A stretch of 64,000 nucleotides of DNA from Plasmodiophora brassicae (Eukaryota): NCBI GenBank assembly GCA_036867785.1, contig CP145416.1, positions 868,001 to 932,000 of the forward strand, written 5' to 3'. The notes beneath the pieces were generated by a model. The model searched no databases and was not told where the DNA came from. It saw nothing but the letters and a program-made list of their open reading frames with translations. A program made the translations under genes and the position numbers. Positions 56,609 through 64,000 of this stretch are shown here, in pieces. The first letter of the stretch is position 1. Each line of letters opens with the position of its first letter.

Positions 56609-58088
56609 TTATTGCCTGGTGTGATCTATTTGGGAGTCCATGCGTTGTCGGAGCCGGTCGAGGAAGTCGACGATGGCCGACGCCGACGGTCGCTGGGCAG
56701 GGTCGGTCGACAGGCAGCGATCGGCCAGAGCGCGTAGATTCCTGGATCGGACCGAGCGGACCTGTTGCGCGCGACGCTCAGGAGCGGGTTGCTGCCCAGT
56801 GCACATTTCCGTGAGCAGGACGCCCAATGAGTAGATATCGGACTTCGTCAGGTACGCGGGGCCGTTCGACTGCAGGACTTCGGGAGCGGCGTAGATCGGC
56901 GTGCCCGGGACCGTCGTGGTGCACTGCTGGACGAAATGGGCGGAACCGAAGTCGCTCAGTTTGACACCGGTGATGCTGAACGACGACGCCGACGGCGTAG
57001 ACGTCAGCAGCACGTTCGCCGAAGACAGGTCGCGATGCACGATCGGCTCGGGCGACAGGCTGTGCAAGTAGAAAAGCGCCGATGCGACCGCTCGAGCAAC
57101 AGTAACGACGGTAGGCAGGGACAGCGGGCCGGCCGATAGCAAGGACCGTAACGAGCAATCCATTCGCTCCAGAATCAGCATGGGCCTACAAGGTAGACGG
57201 CTCAGAGGCACGCTATGCAGACCGGGGTACACACGAACATGCCGTCTGCGTCGGTACAAGCACCAAAGCACTTCAGAAGATGCGGGTGCGACAGCAACGA
57301 ATCTGGATACGGCCACGATATGAGGCATGGCTAACAGAAAAGCGGACGGCGCGGTCGCACTGACAAATGTACATTTCACGTTCGAACACAGAGCGGTTGT
57401 ATTCCGACAGGAGAACGCGATGGATGGACTTGATAGCGACTTGACAACCTCTCCATCTCCCGCTCCGTATCGCACCATCTGTCGTGACGGTCATCGAAAT
57501 TGAGAAACAGGGAAACGATGGCACCGATATGCCTACAAGCTCCACGCCCGATGATCTCGTTGGATACGTCGACTTCGCGCCGGTCAATGACCCAGCCAGG
57601 ACGACACAAATCTCGGAAGGAGGCCTCGAGGGACGACGCCCCACTCGACACGGCTGCACTCGGTTGCGCGACAGGCGGGAGACGTTCTAGAGAATGGTCG
57701 CGATCCGCCCTGGCTTGTTGCAACTCGGACAGCAGCCTGTGCCGCTCCGCTTCCGATCGCGTCCGATCGTCATTCAGCTGCCGTTGCAGATCTGATGGAA
57801 TGTTCATTCCGATATCTCATCCATCGTCAGGCAACCGTGGTCACCAGCAATCTGGTAGTTGGCAGCGCGCAGCTGCTCCTGGACGCCACGAAACTGCTGT
57901 CTGGCGGCCGCCAGCCCCGTTTCCAGCTCACGGGCCCGGCCGGCCAGCACCCTGTTCTCCTGCTGCAGCTCGCCGGCGTCCACAAGGCTGACGTGTGCGC
58001 CGAACCGCTCGGACAGGTCGATCTCTGGCAGCGAGACGGCCAGCGACGACAGCGACCGCCCCAGCAGAGCGTCCGCCTCATCCTGCAT
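56609..58088 (-). CDS. Coiled-coil plus TKL-like protein kinase, multi-exon
   Basis: IGRGA, VAIKSIH, IVHRDLSSANVLL, KLSDFG, PGTPIYAAPE and SDIYSLG. Confidence 0.88.
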
Positions 58089-58404
58089 GCCCCTGTGGCG
58101 AACGACTGATCGGCAGCGCCCAGCGGCAGCAGCCCCGGCGCCCAGTGGCGGTGCGACACTTCCACCTCAGGGGCGCCAGTTCGAGTCCAGGATGGGCCGT
58201 CCGCGTTGGTTGTTTTGGGGGGGGGGGCGCCCCTGCCTCATTCGGCTGACTGGGACTGATGATGATGATGCCGCTGCCGGTTATCCGAGCGGAAAATCTC
58301 CCCGGGGCGGGTGTACCACCTGGGTACCGATTCGCAACGATCGTAGATATTACGCGAAGGAGCGCACACGCCCATTCGCAATCGCCCAGTGTTGTTGCGT
58401 CACG

Positions 58405-59028
58405 ATGAGCGCCAACGCCAACCCGTTCGACCTGATCTCCCAGGAGATCGGAATCCCGTCATCCGGTACGGGTTGCACCTGATTGGCGTGCCTACGTATG
58501 GACGACGCTAACGGGGCATGGCCGGCAGGGTTCGCCAGTCACCCGGGACCGTTCGGATTCGGGCGCCCACCAACCGGGATGCCAATGGACCTGATCCCGG
58601 ATCTACCCCCGATGCCCATGCGAGGCGCCGGTATCCATCAAATCATTCATGGACCAGCGCCGCCCAAGAAGGGCAGAGCGGCGTCGGCACGGAAGGGCGA
58701 CCTGGAGCGGATCGAGAAGCGCCGAAAGCGGGAGAGAGAGGCGGCCGCCCGTTCTCGTCAACGGAAAGCCGACCTGATCGGCACGCTCGAGTTGCAGGTC
58801 TCCTTGATGAAGGCGGAGATCAAGACGCTGAAAGAGCAGGTGATCGCGCTGGGAGGTACCCCGCCACCCAGCCAGTACGAGAACGCGCCGAAGCAGATCG
58901 CAGCGATGAGATCGGCGCAGCAGCAGACACAGCAGGGGATTCACCACGGGCATGAAGACGACTTCGTGTCATCCAGTAACAACTCGTCGCCATCGAGCGC
59001 CAAGCGGGGTTCGCGTCTGGGACCGTAA
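58405..59028 (+). CDS. bZIP transcription factor (1 intron)
   Basis: Basic region KRRKREREAAARSRQRK followed by zipper LELQVSLMKAEIKTLKEQV. Confidence 0.85.
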
Positions 59029-59086
59029 TCGGCGACAAGGACTACTAGACAGAACCTCGAGCGACACCACAGGAACATTCGTCTAT

Positions 59087-60174
59087 TTACGCGATTCGAA
59101 TATACTTGGATTGGGGTAAGCCCGGGTCGACGTCGGTAACGGCGTCCAGGTCAGCACCGCGTTTCGCCAGGGCATCGGCGGCTTCGTTGCCGATATCGCC
59201 GGCATGTGCCTCGACGTATCGGAAGGTGACCAGGGCGCCAGCTCGACGGAGCCCCTTCATGGTACGATAGATGGCCTGCATCAGGTCCAGGTTCTTGTAC
59301 TGCTTTCTCGGGTTCTTCGGGTCTTCGTGCCATGACACAATCCTGTGCAAGCACGAGTTTCAGAAGCCGTTTGCGTAGAGTAGCGCTATCGATACCAATC
59401 TGTGGCCGCTTTGATGGTATACATCGAGTCGCTACAGATCTCGACCCGCTCATGAACCTGTCACCGCGAATGAAACGCCCGACGGATGGATTACATGAAA
59501 TAAATCTCATACTGACCAGAGGGTCGACACGCGTTAAGACTTCGAGGACAGCGAACAATTCAGCGCGTTGGTTCGTCTGCGGCAAGCCCACAAGCCGGCC
59601 TGATATATTCCTGACGAGCAGTTAATGAGATGCGTCACGTTCATCCACAGGACGAAGGGGGGACCTTGGATCGGAATGGCCATAGTAGGCGCCGTATCCG
59701 GCACGAGCGCCAACGCGACCATTGCCCAGGCAGGATCCGTCGGTGAACACGACCAGCTTCGTAACAGACTGCGTCTGGGACTGCGACGAAATGTGAACGG
59801 ATTCCAGACGACGAGCCTGCTGCGAGAATGGCCCTCCGGCAACAGCCATATCCTCAGTCTCGTCGCAGGTGGATGCATCCCCTGCATCGTCCTCCACCTT
59901 CGCGACTGGCTTGACATCCTCCACCTTCACGCCTGGCTTGACATCCGCGTCGTCATTTTCGTTCACACCGTCATCTTGGACGAACCGCATCGCCTCGTAC
60001 TGGGTCGGAAACCCTTTGTAAATGGCCCCAGAGTACCCTTGAACGGATCGTGCACATTCGGGCCAGTTGTCGAATATACCCGTGCGCCGTCCTTTCCGCA
60101 CGCCGTAGAACTATGGCACAGCAGCGCACAAGTCAGCCCCCCGACCTTGTTGCCTCCACAACCCACGTCGGCAT
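59087..60174 (-). CDS. RNASEH1: Ribonuclease H1 (hybrid-binding domain plus RNase H), multi-exon
   Basis: FYGVRKGRRTGIFDNW..YKGF; VFTDGSCLGNG; QTNQRAELFA; KNLDL; HAGDIGNEAADALAKRGA. Confidence 0.93.
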
Positions 60175-60318
60175 GGTCGGACTTTGCGTTTCGACGTCGT
60201 CATCGTGGACCGAAGCGAGCAGAGCGCGCGGCTCCGCACTCGCATGCAACGCGCCGGTCACGCAGTCCGACAAGGCGTTGCCCCGCGTCCAAATCGGACT
60301 GTCGCGTTCGTCTCATGT

Positions 60319-60418
60319 CTGCCCTCAACATGGCTCGGCTGCCCTCAAAGTGTCTCGACTGCCCTCAAAATGTATCGACTGCCCTCAGAGTGTCTCAACT
60401 GCCCTCAAAGTGTCTCGA
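60319..60418. repeat. Minisatellite, 5 x 20 bp (CTGCCCTCAAAGTGTCTCGA)
   Basis: Five contiguous imperfect copies starting at 60319, 60339, 60359, 60379 and 60399. Confidence 0.9.
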
Positions 60419-60449
60419 TAGTTTTATGCTGTGTGTCCTGGACGCTGAA

Positions 60450-63400
60450 TTACTTCTTTTTCAACACGGATCTGAAATCGCCGACGGGGAGTCGCATCTG
60501 GGGCGGCCCTGCCTTCGACGGAGCAGCCAGCGACTCCTCGGTCGACCGCTGTTCGGCTTCGGACCCATGTTCGGACTGGCTTGGCGGATCCTCGGTCTCT
60601 CGACGGGCACCGGCCGCTCGCCGCTGCTTCAACTGCTCGAGAATGCTCTTGGAGCCGGCCGCTCCCTTCAATGCGTCGAAAACGCCATCGACCATGCCGG
60701 CGGCGTCGTTCCTTTGGTCCAGCAGCGGACGCGATCCGCGTTTCGCTGCTCGTTGGGCTTCTCTTTCCTCCTTGATGAGAGCCTTTTCCGCCTACGCAGG
60801 GACAGGATTAGACGCAGCGTGGCCATCCACAGAACCCCCATACCTCGATTCTGGCCTTGTCGAGGCTCTTTTCCGCCTTGATATACATTTCCGAGAACTC
60901 GTGGAACGTTGCGAAGAGCGTTTCCCATTTGGTCTTCCCTTTAGGTTCCCCGTACAGAGCGCAAATTCGGTCAACGTCGACGAGAAGTTGCTCGGCTTCC
61001 TCCAGCAAAGACGTAACTTCGCCCGACGTCGCGTCGTAGAATTTCGACATGACTTCCTTGAACTTGTCCTGCCTCGCACGGCTATCGTCGAAGGCCGCGA
61101 TCTGCGACTTGATCTTGTTCATGTACACCACGAGGTTTCGGCATTCCGCCAGACACGGATCGCACTCGATCCGAGAGGCCTGTCGACGCAGTCATGAGTG
61201 AGGCAATGAAGGAAGGCAGTTGGGTTGTATGGGCACCTCCTGCAAACTCGCAAAGTCCTGTGTGAAGTTTCGCACAGCCGGGGAATGCTTGTTGACGTGC
61301 TGAACAATCACCTGCATCAGGCTCCGGGAATTGTCGTTCGTTTTCGTCGACTCCAGTTGACGTAGCGTCGACAGCTTGAAGCCGTATGCCTGCCCTTTCG
61401 GTGTCCCACCGTTCATCAAGTTGCCGATGGCCAAAATCAGACGCAGCAGTTGATGGAACATCTCCGATTGCTCCAGATCGTGTAAGGCGGACTGAACCAT
61501 CTTGATCTTTCGATGGGCCTAATACAGCGTCAGGGGCGTGCCCAGTATTGTACAGGGACGCGTTCGACCTCATGATATAGCTCATCATAGCTCTGCTGGA
61601 ACAGCCAAACGTCGACACGATTTTCAATGTTTGGAACGTCGGCTAACGCGAGGAAGAACTTTTCTGTCGCGCCAAGCAGGTTGATGTCACCATCGTATGA
61701 GCGAACCTGGGCAACCGTAAATTGAGTACCGGTTGCTTCCATGATGACAGACCGCATCAGTTGCCACCTACCGCCTCAATCTCCTCCGGGGTCGGACAGC
61801 AGTTTTTCAGCTTCTGCAAATGGTTCTGGTTCAACAGTTCGGAATTCATAAGCAGGACGGCATCGCGGATCTCTTCTGGAGTGATCTTGAACCGGGCTGT
61901 TGGCGAATATCAGACACCCGCCAGACGCTAGCAACCCGGATATCAAAAACGTACCTAACGAGAGGTCGATGTTGTACGATCGTTTCTCGTCAACCAGCTT
62001 GACAAGTTCAGGTTTCGCTGACTGCACAAACCATGAGCCAGCAGAATGACAACCGTACTACATTCCCATAGACCTTCTTCTTCTTGTCTGCAGTCGTTTC
62101 AGCAGCAGGCTTGTCGACCTTCGCGAATGCGTCCTCAAACATTTCCGTGTCGAGCTTAGGATCTTTGTCGTTCAGCTGCATCCAGATCGTATCCGTAATC
62201 TGTTGGTTCGGAATAGGTGCCCTAGAAGAGCATGAACATTAGAGGGGTCTTAAAGTGTTTGTGAGCAAACCATACCAATGAAAGTTCTTCAGCTTGTTCT
62301 TGGGAAGTTTGGGTTTCGGCTTCAAGCCAGGAGGAGCAGCGTCTTGCGGACGAACAACAGGTCCTCCAGGTGGTGGCGGGGCACCTACTGAGCTTTGAGC
62401 CACGAGTGAAATGTACAGGGAGGTTACGAACCCGGGGCGCCAGGAGGTCCTGGTGGTGGGGGTGGGGCACCTGGTGGTGGAGGTGCCCCAGGAGGTGGAG
62501 GCGGTGGCGGTGGAGCCGGCGCACCGGGTGCGGGAGGGGCAGGTGGTGCCCCTGGCAACGGGGGTGCCGCAGGTGGCGGCGGGGGTGGGGGCGCTCCGGG
62601 AGCCGGCCTGCCAAGGCCTTAGTAATTGCTGCCAACAATACATTATAACACTGACACGTACGGAGGAGGTGGGGGGAGAGAAGCAGACGAGGATCCAGTA
62701 GCGCCGCCGGCCTCCAGCTCAGCAATGCGCTTGCGAAGAGCTTCATTCTGAATACAACTCAGGAAGGCAATAACAGAACGATAGGTGAGAAGAATGAACC
62801 TCTTGTTTGAGATTAACCGCATCGAGCTCAGGGACGGAGGCCGCAGAACCACCTGATCCGAACGAGGCCAGTTTTGCAAGAGCCTGGTCTAACTGTGTAC
62901 GAAGGTCGGCACTCTCCGTCTCATACTTGGTCAACGACTTGATGCGTTTGTCGCTGTCCTCCAATTTCTTCGCGGTTTCAAGCGACAGAGGAAGCGAATC
63001 CAAAGTCCTGCGGCCAGGTCAGTCGCGGGCGAGTTTTCTGACTTGCAATACGCTGATTGCAGACCGAGATTGTTGCTGTTGAAGCAGCATCCGCAGCTGT
63101 TCGAACGTCAAGAACTTCGCAACCTTGCCGGACGATACGCCGTCCTTGTCGTTGACATTGTTCTTCCCAGAGCAGGCTATGCGAATAATGCCCTGAAGGT
63201 GACCATATGAGGCAACCGACATCACAATCGTCGTCCGAAAAAGGGCACCTGAATGTTTTGCCAGGCAATGTCAGCCAGTGTGGGGTCCTTCGGTATCAGC
63301 ATCAGCTGCTGGAGAACGGTGATGAACTGGGTCGAATGTCCATCGATGCGCGAAGTCTCTCGGAGGTATTCGAACAGTGAGACTGGATCCGACAGATTGA

Positions 63401-64000
63401 CATTGTTGTACATGGTCGCGCGATGATCATTGGCCATTTCAGATTCGAACAAGTCAAGCTGTGAACGCAGGAGCTGTAAGTCAGCGTCGAAGCCAACTGA
63501 AACAAGTCAGTCCCCTGGACGCTGACGAGAACGCGTTCACAAGCCTAACCTGCTGTTGCCATACCTCCTCGAAGCTGGTTTATGATGTCCAGGTACCCCA
63601 GCTCAATGAACTCTCTTCTGATGGCAACTCGGTCCTCAAGAAGATTGCATGCGTTGATCAATGTGTTGATGAAGACAGTTACATCAACCTGGAATCCGGG
63701 ATGATGGACACAACGAAGACAGTTGACGAGAGGAAAGAATCTAACCATTTCTCAAACACAAAAACAGTGACACGCAGCGCACAACTGACCTGTTGTCATT
63801 GCCGGTTATCACTGACCTGTAGTGGCTGAATGCCTGAACGACAGGCGAATCGGCACCAGCATTATCTGAGAGCCATGCCAAGACAGCCCTATACGAACAG
63901 TCACCGACAGGAACATGGGACGTGCAAACGAAACAGTCTCACAGAAGTTGAAGAACGATACGTTTGACGTCAATGGAATCGGCATCGAACAACAGAGCAA
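60450..64000 (-). CDS. Diaphanous-like formin (FH3/DID, coiled coil, FH1, FH2, DAD-like); 5' end outside the window
   Basis: FINTLIN..RVAIRREF; poly-Pro FH1; KLKNFHW, KRSYNIDLSL, ILAIGNLMNGG..AYGFKLSTL..TK; tail MVDGVFDALKG. Confidence 0.93.

Noticed and set aside
59087-60174. RNase H as part of a retroelement
   Set aside because: It has introns and an N-terminal hybrid-binding domain typical of cellular RNase H1, with no RT or integrase adjacent.
60319-60418. CRISPR-like repeat
   Set aside because: Units are contiguous with no unique spacers, there are no cas genes, and the context is eukaryotic.

Overview
Gene-dense eukaryotic nuclear DNA. It is GC-rich, has many short (~50-60 nt) GT-AG introns and has very short intergenic gaps. 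This style resembles a compact protist genome such as a plasmodiophorid (Plasmodiophora-like); the taxon is an inference only. About 38 protein-coding genes are recognisable. Housekeeping genes include a ULK4/RUNKEL-like kinase, TPK1, RPP30, COQ8, Sec16, an SLC10/BASS transporter, Apd1/Aim32, a large NAD-GDH, Wee1/Myt1, eIF4E, ABHD17, a bZIP factor, RNase H1 and a formin. Notable items: (1) an intronless bacterial-type NAD+-dependent DNA ligase (LigA) with an apparent mitochondrial presequence; (2) an intronless bacterial AlkZ-type DNA glycosylase starting with an NLS-like KRKR; (3) four secreted His/Asp-rich proteins, a secreted tyrosinase and two small orphan genes, all with AP-1/bZIP-type TGA(C/G/A/T)TCA boxes upstream, a possible co-regulated wall-hardening or metal-binding system; (4) a full FMRP/FXR-like Agenet-Agenet-KH protein; (5) a PLS-type PPR protein with P-P-L-S periodicity; (6) an inverted gene duplication nested inside a ~300-380 bp direct duplication. 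No rRNA, tRNA, CRISPR array or intact transposon was found. Ends of multi-exon genes were placed by manual splicing and are approximate.
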